Assembly (NCBI RefSeq): GCF_036588685.1
Contig: NC_086375.1
Coordinates: 75,826,001 to 75,890,000, forward strand
DNA from: Mytilus trossulus
Taxonomy: Eukaryota
Direction of reading: 5' to 3'
Length of the DNA: 64,000 bases
A model generated the notes under the pieces. The model ran no database searches, was not told the DNA's origin, and worked only from the letters and a program-made list of their open reading frames with translations. Shown in pieces: positions 26,901-41,900 of the stretch. How positions within the stretch are numbered: the stretch's first letter is position 1; each line of letters starts with the position of its first letter. The translations under genes were made by a program, and so were the position numbers.

Positions 26901-29900
26901 AATTTTAAATGTTGGTATTTAATCCACATGAAGAAATAAAATTCTACCTAGACACAGCATCATCACTCCATTCCAACCAATCTTTGTTCTTACCATTGAA
27001 TGTCTAGCACTATGAGAAACATCTGATACCAATTATTTAGAAGCCTTTGGTTTGATTCTGTTTGTGATTGAACACATGACCTCAAATAATCCTATTTGAC
27101 GTGAAAATATATGGTCTTCTATTCTTCCCATTATAAAAACTATTGCAATACTGGGTCAATACAGAGTTATTGGTCTTGTTTATGTCTTGTGACCTTGACA
27201 TTGCCTGTTAAAACATATAGTGTTTTTGAGTGTTCCCTTGATATCTTTTTTCTAAGAAAACTGCTGTTTTAAAATTTCCAAACTTTTAGTAACATTATTT
27301 TACAAGGATGTTTCCGCTGTGCTACACATACAAGTACTGAAGCACAACTCCGGGTCTGGTATTATCTCGCTGCATTGGTGGCCTTCAGCTGTTATTTGCT
27401 CTTTGGTCGGGTTGTTGTCTCTTTGACAAATTCCCCATTTCTATTATTTTACAGATGAAGAAAAATGTTGACCGATGACAAATAAATATATCAATAAATT
27501 GTATTTACATAAAAATGTATTACTTGATTGATTCATTGGTGTTTAATGCCACTGTTAACTTTATTTTGCTTTATGGTTACTTAGTGGAGTAAGCAGGAGT
27601 GCGAGGAGAGGAAAACTGTTAATTAGCACTCCTGCAATGTGGGGATTCAAACTCAAAATGGGCTCAGTATTGTCAGGCTAGTGATAGCTGACAACTTAGA
27701 CCACACAGCCACTGAGATCCCTATATTTTTAAAATAGAGACTGTGAACCTTTATTTCTGGTACCATGAACTTATATATATGGTACCTGTTTGGCATATAT
27801 TGATAGTTCTTTGAATGGATTAACAGCAAGCAGTACATCACCAATCTTTGTCTGAAATAACATTGTAAATTCTTTACTGATTATGATAACATCTTCTCAT
27901 CATTATTTCAAATGAAGACAAAACAAAAGAAATCTACATCAACAAAGATTGCCATGTCCCATAATTGATTCCAGGTTTTGGTGGGGTTTGTGTTTCTCAT
28001 TCTTTAGTTTTCTATGTTGTGTCATGTATGCAATTTTTTATCTGTTTGTCTTTTTCTTTTTTAGCCATGGCATTGTCAGTTTATTTTCAATCTATTAGTT
28101 TGACTGTCCCTCTGATATCTTTTGCCCCTCTTTTACACAGCACTTTTTAATTCTTTCATTTAACTTGATATACCTGGACATCTTGATTCTACCTTCAGAG
28201 CTTCTATTTATATACTTACATATATCTGGTCATCTTTATATCTGTTTTCAATGTGTGACAGTACACTTTCTTCCGATATATCACTTAAATTCTTTAAATT
28301 ATCTGTGTCTCTTACTTTTGGTAGCTGAATCTAATATAATTGATTTACATCTATTAGTTACATATTGTGAAAATGTACATATAATAATCAACTTTTCTGT
28401 TCTTTACTATTTACAGTTTTTGCTTAAGAGTAATAAAATTTCTATTTTTATATGTGAAGTTACACATACAAGATCATACCAGAAGTTATCTTGTTATATA
28501 AGTGTCTCATAAGTCAAATTTATGACTGGGTATTGATTGTTTTATTGTATACTGTGATTTGTAAATATTGTCAATCAATATGTGACACTATAATAAAATA
28601 TATATTTATTTGTTATAATTGAACTACAATAAGATCAGTGCTGTTACACAAAACTATGTTAGTCTGATAGTTTAGTCATTTAATAGGATTGACAAGTAAG
28701 AGGAGAATTTCATATTAAAACTCCATTTTTATCTTTAAATCTGCAATTTATTGTGATTGATTTAAACCTGAATTGTATTGTATCAGTATACCTATACTCT
28801 AATTCGTTTTAATAATAACAATAATGCATCTAGCAAGCAACACAAGAAAACAATCTAAAGACATACATACTTGAGTATAACAGCTGTAAAGATATATTTA
28901 ACCAAATTTTCATTTTATTTGTGCATGTTTCAAAGACATTTGAAGTATGGGAACTTTTTCTTAATGTATGTAGAATTAGTGGTGAAGATGGCTATGTCCT
29001 AGTTAATTTAGTGATGTCTAAGGAAAGAACAGGGAAAATGTGCAAACTTTCCAAAAATGAAAACTTAATGCTGTTGTATTTTCAACATTTAAACAAAACC
29101 AATACTGGAATGAAAAGGCAGAGACATGCTGAGATAATCTTTCTATATTATGCATTTGACAAGTAATATACTGAATAGCAGCACAAAATTGAATAATTTT
29201 TGTGTCATTCATTTTTTAACACTTGATAAAGCATATAAGATGAAAACGACAAAAAGTAGCTATGCATGAAAAAACAAAGTGGACAATAATAATCATCAAA
29301 TGAAATGTTTTAAGGGGAGGTAAAAAATGTGTTCAAGAATGTAGTAAACCCTGTATGTGAGTAAATTTCAAAATCTTAAGATGTGTATTTGTTGAGAAAC
29401 AAATGACATTTAATTTAAGGCACTAGGCACCAAAACATGAAAATCAATAAATTTTCTGCAGCAATCCCTAAAGTGTTGTTGTAATAAGACTTTTTACAAA
29501 ATTTTATATTTGCATTGGCATAGAAGCTTTAATCTCTAAGGGTTCAGATTTAATGATAGAATACAACCAGATGCTCCGCAAGGCGTAGCTTTATACGACC
29601 GCAGAGGTTGAACCCTGAACGGTTGGGGCAAGTATGGACACAACATTCAAGCTGGATTCAGCTCTAACTTTGGATTGTGATTAAATAGTTGACACAGCAT
29701 AGGTTTCTGACACAGAATAAATGTGTTCTAATGAACTTAAAATTTTTGTTTTCTCTTAGAGCAATTCACTATGCTGTTGAATATTAATCCTCTCAAAAAA
29801 ATGTTTGAAGAAATTTTCTTTTTATTTATGAAATTTCAAATGAGAAAAATTGAACCCAATTTTTTAATCACATCCCCCTTTCCCTTATTCTAAAACTAAT

Positions 29901-32900
29901 CTCAATTAAAATATTCTAATGGAGTTTGCAACAATAACTACTCATTTAAATACATCATAAAATATTAAGATGTAAAAAAACTGCTTGTTATCACTGAATG
30001 GTAAAGATTATTTAAATTTATCAGTTGGTAGTAAAAAGTGAATATACATTGTATATTGTATATAACAAAGATTTAAGTTGATTCTGGACAAAGAAAGATA
30101 ACTCCAATTAAAAAAAATTCTTGCTATTGCACAATATTGTGCAATAAGATATTTCTTGCTTACTATTCTGGACAAAGAAAGATAACTCTAATTAAAAAAA
30201 AAATGCTATTTCACAATATTGTGCAATTAGATATTTCTTGCCATTGCACAATACTGTGCAATTGAAAAGACTTGCTATTGCACAATACTTAATATAATAA
30301 TTTTAGATCCTGATTTGGACCAACTTGAAAACTGGGGCCATAATCAAAAATCTAAGTACATGTTTAGATTCAGCATATCAAAGAGGCCCAAGAATTCAAT
30401 TTTTGTTAAAATCAAACTTAGTTTAATTTTGGACCCTTTGGACTTTAATGTAGAAAACAGGACCAAAAATGAAGAATCTACATACACAGTTAGATTTGGC
30501 ATATTAAAGAACCCCATTTATTCAATTTTTGATGAAATCAAACAAAGTTTAATTTTGGACCCCGATTTGGACCAACTTGAAAACTGGGCCAATAATCAAG
30601 AATCTAAGTACATTTTTAGATTCAACATATCAAAGAACGTTTAATTAAAGAAAGTTTAATTTTGGACCCTTTGGACCTTAATGTAGACCAATTTGAAAAA
30701 GGGACCAAAAGTTGAGAATCTACATACACAGTTAGATTCGGCATATCAAAGAACCCCAATTATTCAATTTTGATGAAATCAAACAAAGTTTAATTTTGGA
30801 CCCTTTGGGCCCCTTTTTCCTAAACTGTTGGGACCAAAACTCCCAAAATCAATAACAACCTTCCTTTTATGGTCATAAACCTGGTGTTTAAATTTCATAG
30901 ATTTCTATTTACATGTACTAACTTTATGGTGCGAAAACCAAGAAAAATGCTTATTTGGGTCCCTTTTTGGCCCCTTATTCCTAAACTGTTGGGACCTAAA
31001 CTCCCAAAATCAATCCCAACCTTTCTTTTGTGGTCATAAACCTTGTGTCAAAATTTCATAGATTTCTATAACTTAAACTAAAGTTATAGTGCGAAAACCA
31101 AGAAATGCTTATTTGGGCCCTTTTTGGCCCCTTATTCCTAAAATGTTGGGACCAAAACTCCCAAAATCAATACCAACCTTCCTTTTATGGTCATAAACCT
31201 TGTGTTAAAATTTCATAGATTTCTATTCACTTTTACTAAAGTTAGAGTGCGAAAACTAAAAGTATTCGGACGACGACGACTACGACAATGACGCAGAAGA
31301 CGATGCCAACGTGATAGCAATATACGACGAAAATTTTTTCAAAATTTGCGGTCGTATAAAAAATAACCAATTATTAATGGTAGTCAAATGTAATTGATAA
31401 CCTCCATGTAAAACTAAAAATCAATAAAAAACATCAGTCGGTCTCATATTCAAAAATTGTATACAGAGATTCTGTATTTTACAGAAAGATTTATAATTAA
31501 GAAGTATTCTAAAGGTGAATAGTAGGATAAGGTGACTGAGCGTTAACCTTATTTACCTTGGTAATGTCAGCAGTCTTCCAGATTTTAGAAACATAAACTT
31601 CTTCTTCATCACTGTCATCATTCTTTACATTCCTTTCTTCAGAGAAACATTTGTCCTCAATGTTTATTCTTCCAACAGTTTGTTCTGTTTTACTTTTTTG
31701 TCCACCAAAATCTTTGCCATTCATTAACATATACTGCCTTCCTTCAAGAAGACTATCCATTTTTCCTACACTTGAATGGCGGGGTTTCCTAAAAATTATC
31801 ATTTTCAAGTAGATAAAGAACAAGTTTTACTCTTCCTTTTTATTTTTTAAAACAATGAAGTATGTGATGATCTTCCACAGGAAATAAGACAAAATATCAA
31901 CTACTAAGTAAATAAATTATTTGTTTATATTTTTTCTTTTCTTTTAGTGTTGTTTGTTTGCAAAAATTTCATATTGAAAATAAACTGCAATAACACAAGT
32001 GTAAATAAACAAAAAGTGTACACATGCTCAATTGTATCACCTGTCTTACTTAAAATAAAGTTCATGTTGAAAATCTGTAATATGAAGGTTTTACTACAAG
32101 TATCAATGATCCACGAAAATTAAGTCATGGCCCCATGAAAATTAAGTTACGGTCAGATGCCAGACAGACATGTACATTCAGTAATCATTCCATAATCCTA
32201 TTGATTTTAGTACCAGAGAAACAGATCAAACCACAAAATCATAATATTGACCAATGAACCATGAAAATGAGGTTAAGGTAATATGAAACATGCCAGTCAG
32301 ACATGTTCACCTGACAATCATTCCATACACCAAATATAGTGACCTTATAGCCTATAGTACTTGAGAAGTAGACAAACCACACATACTAAAGTTAACATTG
32401 TTTTAAACCATAAAAATTGATGTCAAGATCAGATCAAAGCTGTCAGTCCAACATGAACACCTTACAACCATTCCATAAACCTAATATAGTTGACCTACTT
32501 CTCATTGTATTTGAAAAACAAACCAAAATATAAATGCTTAATATAGACCATTAAACAATGAATGAGGTCAGGGTCAAATGACACCAGCCAAACAGACCAG
32601 TAAATCTTACAGTCATTCAATATACCAACTACTGTGGATTCTTTTATTTTTCTGGGTATCAAGTTAAGTAGATTGAGTAAAACTGGCAACTCTGTGGATT
32701 TTTGATTTGTGGTTCACCTCCACACACAAAACCTTCTGACAATTGGTATCCAACGAATAATAATAAATCTACAGTAGATTTGACTTTTCTTGTTTTTACT
32801 TTAATACTCGTATTTACAATAATTCAAAGTTTTTCACACAACCCATATGTTCTATTTTTGCCATGGTGGCCATATTGGTTTGCAGGCAGGATAGTTGTAC

Positions 32901-35900
32901 AAAAAACTAGAAATGCTTAGGGGGGTCTTGGCTAAATTTTGATGCAATTGGCCAGGAAGATTCAAAGGAGAACAATAATTCCAAAATGAGTTTTTTTATA
33001 GAAAATATATCATTTATATTATTTAATGAATGTATTTAAAAAGAATTTTAATTGTAAACTTTTTATAGTTGAAAGAGGAAAATTAAATGATCTATTCTCA
33101 CCTCTAAAACATTCCAAAGATACAAAATCATATAAAAAAAAAACTTACACTGTTTTACTGTTAATTCTTATTATACCCCCTCCTTGTAGGCCATCATCTT
33201 CATCTTCTACATCATCATCATCTTCACCATCTAGTTCTGATGATTCAGAATCTCTGTTAGTTTTTCTTTCTCTCTTTAGAAGGAGAGCTTTGATCTCATT
33301 ACTTCCTGCTAAAGCTGATGGTTTATTTCCTTCGTTGTCTAAAGCATTTAAATCTGCTTTTTGCTTGATCAAAGTTTTGACTGTTTCCAACTGCAAATGA
33401 AAGCTAAATCTTACTCCTGATGTTCAAACATCGGACTTATTTTCAACCATACTTTCTGGGTATCATTTTCCTATGGACATAATGCTTTTACCTTTATAAC
33501 AACAGTACACACAATGGTTCATATAACCTATAAGTATGTGTGCAAGACGTACACTTTACAACCTCAAAGAAAGACCACCATTCCAAAGTTGACCTTGTTA
33601 ACTAGTTTATTTTGAGAATTGAGTTTTAATGGCAGATCTTTGATTGTTTTATAGTAATACATATATATATTAAATGTCAGAGCAATGGTCTTTGAGGGTA
33701 TTTTCATCCTATCTGCATCTTTACTCCAAGATATCCTATTGTAGATGATTTCTGTATTTGAAACTGGCTCAAATAAATTCTAACAGTAAGCAGGATGCTA
33801 ATGTTTCCATTGAGTCAACAAGAAATGAGCAAAACACAAAACTCAAGTAACAAAGTAAACAATTTCAAGAAAAGATTTACAATACATGAACTGACCTGAT
33901 TAAATCTAGAAGCTACATGCAACGGGGTCCAGTACAGGTTATCTTTAATATTTATGTCTGCACCATGTTTCATAAGCAACTTTATGACTTTTTTGTACCC
34001 ATTAGCACAGGCTATGTGTAACTGAAAAAAACCAAGTAAACCAAATGGTTAACAAAAAAAGCCAAGTGCAAAAACTTTGTGACAAAATACATTTAACAAA
34101 ACATTAATAGCTAAGCTAAAACTTTGAAGTTAACTTTATTCTATTGTAATTTAAGCTTTACAAGTTGCACTTTATTCCATTGTTAATTCAGCTCAGACTT
34201 ACTAGTGACACTTTATTCCACTGTATTATATTGTTAGTTAAGACTAAAAAATGACACTTTATTCCATTGTTAACTAAGCTAAGACTTACAAGTGACACTT
34301 TATTCCATTGTTATTTATGCTCAGACTTACAAGTTTCACTCTATTCCATTGTTAATTAAGCTAAGACTTACTAGTGACACTATGTTCCATTGTAAATTGA
34401 GCTCAGACTTACAATTAGTAGTTTATTCCATTGTTAGTTAAGCTAAGACTTTAGTTCATTGTTAATTAAGCTCAGACTTACAAGTTTCACTTTATTCCAT
34501 TGTTAATCAAGCTCAGACTTACAAGTTACACTGTATTCAATTGTTGATTAAAGCTCAGACTCACTAGTGACACTTTATTCCATTGTTAGTTTTAATCTAA
34601 GACTTAAAAGTTACACTGTATACCATTGTTAATTAAAGCTCAGACTTACAAGTGACACTTTATTCCATTGTTAGTTTTAATCTAAGACTTAAAAGTTACA
34701 CTGTATTCCATTGTTAATTAAAGCTCAGACTCACTAGTGACACTTTATTCCATTGTTAGTTTTAATCTAAGACTTAAAAGTTACACTGTATACCATTGTT
34801 AATTAAAGCTCAGACTTACAAGTGACACTTTATTCCATTGTTAGTTTTAATCTAAGACTTACTAGTGACACTTTATTCCATTGTTAATTAAGCTCAGACT
34901 TACAAGTGACACTTTATTCCATTGTTAGTCTTAATCTAAGACTTAAAAGTTACACTTTATTCCATTGTTAATTAAGCTCAGACTCACTAGTGACACTTTA
35001 TTCCATTGTTAATTAAGCTCAAACTTACAAGTGACACTTTATTCCATTGTTAGTTTTAATCTAAGACTTACAAGCTACACTGTATACCATTGTTAATTAA
35101 TCTCAGACTTACAAGTGACACTTTATTCCATTGTTAGTTTTAATCTAAGACTTAAAAGTTACACTGTATTCCATTGTTAATTAAAGCTCAGACTCACTAG
35201 TGACACTTTATTCCATTGTTAGTTTTAATCTAAGACTTAAAAGTTACACTGTATACCATTGTTAATTAAAGCTCAGACTTACAAGTGACACTTTATTCCA
35301 TTGTTAGTTTTAATCTTAAGACTTACTAGTGACACTTTATTCCATTGTTAATTAAGCTCAGACTTACAAGTGACACTTTATTCCATTGTTAGTCTTAATC
35401 TAAGACTTAAAAGTTACACTTTATTCCATTGTTAATTAAGCTCAGACTCACTAGTGACACTTTATTCCATTGTTAATTAAGCTCAAACTTACAAGTGACA
35501 CTTTATTCCATTGTTAGTTTTAATCTAAGACTTACAAGCTACACTGTATACCATTGTTAATTAAGCTCAGACTTACAAGTGACACTTTATTCCATTGTTA
35601 GTTTTAATCTAAGACTTAAAAGTTACACTGTATTCCATTGTTAATTAAAGCTCAGACTCACTAGTGACACTTTATTCCATTGTTAGTTTTAATCTAAGAC
35701 TTAAAAGTTACACTGTATACCATTGTTAATTAAAGCTCAGACTTACAAGTGACACTTTATTCCATTGTTAGTTTTAATCTAAGACTTACTAGTGACACTT
35801 TATTCCATTGTTAATTAAGCTAAGACTTACAAGTGACACTTTATTCCATTGTTAGTCTTAATCTAAGACTTAAAAGTTACACTTAATTCCATTGTTAATT

Positions 35901-38900
35901 AAGCTCAGACTCACTAGTGACACTTTATTCCATTGTTAATTAAGCTCAAACTTACAAGTGACACTTTATTCCATTGTTAGTTTTAATCTAAGACTTACAA
36001 GCTACACTGTATACCATTGTTAATTAAGCTCAGACTTACAAGTGACACTTTATTCCATTGTTAGTTTTAATCTAAGACTTAAAAGTTACACTGTATTCCA
36101 TTGTTAATTAAAGCTCAGACTCACTAGTGACACTTTATTCCATTGTTAGTTTTAATCTAAGACTTAAAAGTTACACTGTATACCATTGTTAATTAAAGCT
36201 CAGACTTACAAGTGACACTTTATTCCATTGTTAGTTTTAATCTAAGACTTACTAGTGACACTTTATTCCATTGTTAATTAAGCTCAGACTTACAAGTGAC
36301 ACTTTATTCCATTGTTAGTCTTAATCTAAGACTTAAAAGTTACACTTTATTCCATTGTTAATTAAGCTCAAACTTACAAGTGACACTTTATTCCATTGTT
36401 AGTTTTAATCTAAGACTTACAAGTTACACTGTATTCCATTGTTAATTAAAGCTCAGACTCACTAGTGACACTTTATTCCATTGTTAGTTTTAATCTAAGA
36501 CTTAAAAGTTACACTGTATACCATTGTTAATTAAAGCTCAGACTTACAAGTGACACTTTATTCCATTGTTAGTCTTAATCTAAGACTTACTAGTGACACT
36601 TTATTCCATTGTTAATTAAGCTAAGACTTACAAGTGACACTTTATTCCATTGTTAGTTTTAATCTAAGACTTAAAAGTTACACTTTATTCCATTGTTAAT
36701 TAAGCTCAGACTTACAAGTGACACTTTATTCCATTGTTAATTAAGCTCAGACTTACAAGTGACACTTTATTCCATTGTTAGTTTTTATCTAAGACTTAAA
36801 AGTTACAATGTATTCCATCGTTAATTAAGCTCAGACTTACAAGTTACACTTTATTCCATTGTTAATTTAGCTCAAACTTACAAGTGACACTTTATTCCAT
36901 TGTTAATTAAGCTCAGACTTACAAGTGACACTTTATTCCATTGTTAGTTTTAATCTAAGACTTACAAGTTACACTGTATTCCATTGTTAATTAAGCTCAG
37001 ACTTACAAGTGACACTTTATTCCATTGTTAGTTTTAATCTTAGACTTACAAGTTACACTTTATTCCATTGTTAATTAAGCTCAGACTTACAAGTGACACT
37101 TTATTCCATTGTTAATTAAGCTCAGACTCACTAGTTACACTTTATTCCATCGTTAATTAAGCTCAGACTTACAAGTGACACTTTATTCCATTGTTAGTTT
37201 TAATCTAAGACTTACAAGTTACACTGTATTCCATTGTTAATTAAGCTCAGACTCACTAGTGACACTTTATTCCATTGTTAGTTTTAATCTAAGACTTACA
37301 AGTTACACTGTATTCCATTGTTAATTAAGCTCAGACTTACAAGTGACACTTTATTCCATTGTTAGTTTTAATCTTAGACTTACAAGTTACACTTTATTCC
37401 ATTGTTAATTAAGCTCAGACTTACAAGTGACACTTTATTCCATTGTTAATTAAGCTCAGACTCACTAGTTACACTTTATTCCATCGTTAATTAAGCTCAG
37501 ACTTACAAGTGACACTTTATTCCATTGTTAGTTTTAATCTAAGACTTACAAGTTACACTGTATTCCATTGTTAATTAAGCTCAGACTTACAAGTGACACT
37601 TTATTGTCATTGATTTTGTTAGGGGATCCACCATTACATAAATGATCATCAACATCCTTGTACATCTGACGAGGTTTCCATAACTGAATTTCTTTTTTCC
37701 TATTAGCATCCAATCCTATATAAATTATAAAGATAACAGATACACAGAAAGTAAACAGAAAGTGACTTCAGGTAACATTCTTAGGTCACGCCTATTTGGG
37801 ATCTATTTTTGTTAATAAAGTTTTTTTCATTATTATATGTATGTCATAATTTTCATATTATCATGAAAATTTTCATTTAAATAAATATCTTCATTGATAT
37901 TTTTTTTCCTGAGTTCATTCACCTTTGTTTTTTTAAAGAGATGTTAACAATATATTTTTAAGGTGTTCTTACAAAAATGTTGCTTTCATTTGTACTACAT
38001 GCACTAAAGGGGTTAAAACACAAATCTGAAATATCTATCTTTAAGTTTTGTGAAAGTGCATGAATGCTTGAGCATGAATGATACATTAAAACAAATTAGA
38101 TCATATTGAAGTCATGTAAATGAAAAAATACCCATTTAAAAATAGTATGCATATCAACATTATTACATAAATTAAAGGAAAAATTGGAGAGAAATACAAT
38201 GAATTTATTGGAGATCAAAAGGAAGTATCATTATATGCATGCCGTCATCTGGTTTTCACTCAATACTAATAAAGAAAGTCAATTTATTTTCTGTTCAAAA
38301 CAGGAAGTTCTAGTTTTAAACCTTATAAAGATAGGAACATCTAAGTTTTCACTCATTTCACCAACATGATATGAAGTATCATTTTGTAAATCCCAGTTAT
38401 GCATGATTCTCTTTTCTGGAAAATTGTGACAAATTATACCTATTTATTGATACTGTGCTGTTTGTTAACAAAATCCATCTATCTACCATTAATGAACATT
38501 ACAAAATTTCTTCTTACTTAATACATATTCTACACAGAGTAAGGTTTTTTCCTACACATCATTAAAAACATTTTGGACAAAAACCAATAATAACAACTAG
38601 TTTTATAGTAAATCTAAAGTTGTACAAAAGTAAATATTAAAACAAGAGTGCACAGCCTGACATATCTCGCTTGCTTAATTATCATGATTGAACAGGTGCT
38701 GATAATGTGTAATACATGTATGAAGATAACCATATATAATGTTTCACTATAAGTTTCCAATAAAGTTAACATTATCAATGATCAATAGAAATTACCTCAA
38801 AGTCAGATGAACCCTGCCAAACAAATGTGTTCACCTTACAATCATACCATATACCAAATATAGTTAACCTATTCTCAATTACAATGTATCTGAGAGACAG

Positions 38901-41900
38901 GACAAATTACATAAATGGAAATTGACAAATGAACCATGGAAATGAGGTCAAGGGCAGATAGACCATGACAGACATGTGCAAAATGCATGCAATCATTCTA
39001 TACACCAAATATAATTCATGTTGACATATTTTTTGAAGTATCTGAAAAACAGATAGATGAGAAAAGGTAACACCAGGCCACCGAAAGCTTTATTTTTGTG
39101 AAGTCTAGGTGGTCGTGTGGTCTAGCAGAACGGCTACAGTGCAGGCGATTTGATATGTGAAAATATAGACTGCGTAATATAATCAGTACAAGAAAAACAC
39201 TTCTTTGTAAAGTAAAAGTAAAATAAATAATGATTATGGATGACGGATGTCAAGTGGCATATTGAATGAATTTTCAGAACAAAAACATCAAATGGAAATA
39301 TAATATAATAAAGGGCTGCGCTTTAGCACATGATACGCCCGTTGCTCTTTTAACTTGTCTTTTAATGAAATTATATGATCAACTAGAAATAGTGTGAGCC
39401 CTGTCAAATACCCCCCCCCCCCAAATAATAAATAAAAATGCACAAAAAAAATGGCACTATTAAGGCTACCTCAAATTTACCTAAGTTTGTTGTCTGAATT
39501 TTTCATCCATACATTCTATCTTGTTCACAACAAACTTTCTGAGTACCAAGTACCTTTTATATTTATAAAATGGAAAGGGAGCTTATGTGAGTTATTGTCT
39601 GAAGTGCGGACGACGGACGGACAGACGGACAGACAATGGTATACCATAATACATCCTGTCTGAAAGACGACGGGCGTATACAAAATTCATGGAACCTATT
39701 TTTTTACAAGAAATTTAATGGTTTAAATAGAACTAAAGATTTTACAAATTTCATGTTTTCGTCAGATTTGATTAAGTATTATTTGTGACATCAAAGTTTC
39801 ATGGACATTGGTGAAAGCCTTTTTGAGTTATTGTCCGAAGTGTTAAAAATCCCCCTTTTTTTATGAATGAAGCCCCATAAATCCAAAACTTTAAATCTGA
39901 AATTAAAAATAAACGAAAGGTAGCTAACGTCAATAGATATAAACAATTCACTTAAGTTTCATGGAAATTGGTGAAAGTGTTTTTGAGTTATTGTCCGAAG
40001 TGTGGACAATGGACGGACAGATGGACCGACAACGGTATACCATAATACGTCCCGTCCCGGGCGTATAAAAATTAACCCTGCTTTGTACTATAGACCGACA
40101 CACAGAAACGGACACAATAGTAACACTAACTGAACTTTTATCGCATCCAGATACTGGTTCCATATAAATAAAAAGATGCGATATGAGTGCTATCCAGACA
40201 ACTATCCAACAAAGTCATAGTTTATAAATACATTTGTCTGCCACACGGTCATACTGCCTTTGAAAAATTAGCGTCATACTGCCTTTGAAAAATTAGCAGG
40301 GAAATATAACATCTTTTCCCAAACGTCTTTTCCTGAAACGTCTTTTAAATTTTTGGCACAATTTGTGAGGCTAATGGAAGGGATTGAGTAAACAATATTA
40401 TACTACCGGTACTCTTTTTTTCTCAAAAACAATTATGGTGACAAATATTTTTTCAAAACGTTATGTTCCATTTTTTTCAAAGAATAACATATCTTACTTT
40501 TATTAAATCGCCACTGTTAGAAATATTTAAAAAAAAAATCAAAAATGTGCATTTCAAATGTTCATTTCCTGTCGTTCTTTCGGTCCACCATAACGTTTTG
40601 GCTTTATTTGAGTAAGAATTAATGCTTTAAATGGTACAGTTAGATTTTTCTAACCATCTTGAATTATTTTTGCTTCAATTTGAGCCCTATTACATAAGTA
40701 TATGTTGATTAAACAAGAGTGCATGCACTGAAAACTAAACATTGACCAATGAACCATGAAAATGAGGTCAAGGATAGATGAACCATGCCAGGCAGACATA
40801 TACTTAAATATCTATATCTAGCTAGTAGCAATTATTTCATGCATGTTCATGACAAGCAATGTTTAACGCAGCAGCCAAATCACTAAACTTGATATGATCA
40901 GATAAGATATTTTATTTTCAAAATAATATAATTGATATGAATCAATGAACCATAAAAAGTTGTAAATGGTTCTGCAGAACAGTTTGTCTTGCCTGTGATT
41001 GCTGCTGTCAGTGTAAAAGTGTAATGTTGACAGGGAAAAAATAGTCAATTTATTTTCACAAAATAAATCTCTTATCTTATAATAGGTGTAATTTATTGGT
41101 TTTGATCCAAGATGAAAAATACTAAACTAATATTACCAGTACATTCATATTTTCAAAAGTTATTAAATGTAAAAAAAAACTTAGTCCACTTACACAAAAT
41201 TATTTACCAAAAAATATACAGAAAAATTAAAATAAATATTTTCAAAATTTTGATATAGATACATGTAGATCATACTGTCTCTGGTCATAAACAAGCCTCT
41301 GTACTAATTTCATAAAATTCCTTGGAGGTTTGACAAAGGTATTCATGACTGAAAACTTTTACCTTAAGCTGAATCTGAATGTTTTACTGTTATAAAAAAT
41401 CTTTAAGTTCATTTATCAGTACAATATGGGAAAATGAAAATATATGTTTCAAAATTTTTGCTCTGGATACTGTATTTGTTCATAATCAAGTTTTTGTCCA
41501 AATTTCATAAAATTCTATGAAGGTTTGACAAAGTTATTGATGTATAAAATACTTTTTCCTCAGACTGAACCTAAATGTTAATGCCTCAGGCGACAGATTC
41601 TAAGATAGTAATGTCCCGCATTGGCGACACGTCCACTGAATCATGAAAATTAGGTCAGAGTTATGTTAACACTTTCAGCACATATACACCACCAACTCTA
41701 TAGACCATTGTACTACATGTATAGTGCTGGGGAAAAAGAAGTGTATTATAATTATACATACCATGGGTCTCCATGTAATTATTGATAACTTGTTGACATT
41801 CTGATCCATCCTGACAATGGTCTCCAGCGAAAAATCCATCAACATCAACCAGATTGATATCAGCACCATTCTTAAACAAATTAAAGTCACACATAATTCA

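Noticed and set aside
33026-33400. Ser-rich 124-aa plus-strand ORF
   Set aside because: Antisense shadow of acidic myosin exon 7.
39100-39150. tRNA-like A-box stretch (gtggtcgtgtggtctagc)
   Set aside because: No B box or cloverleaf; at most a SINE head fragment.
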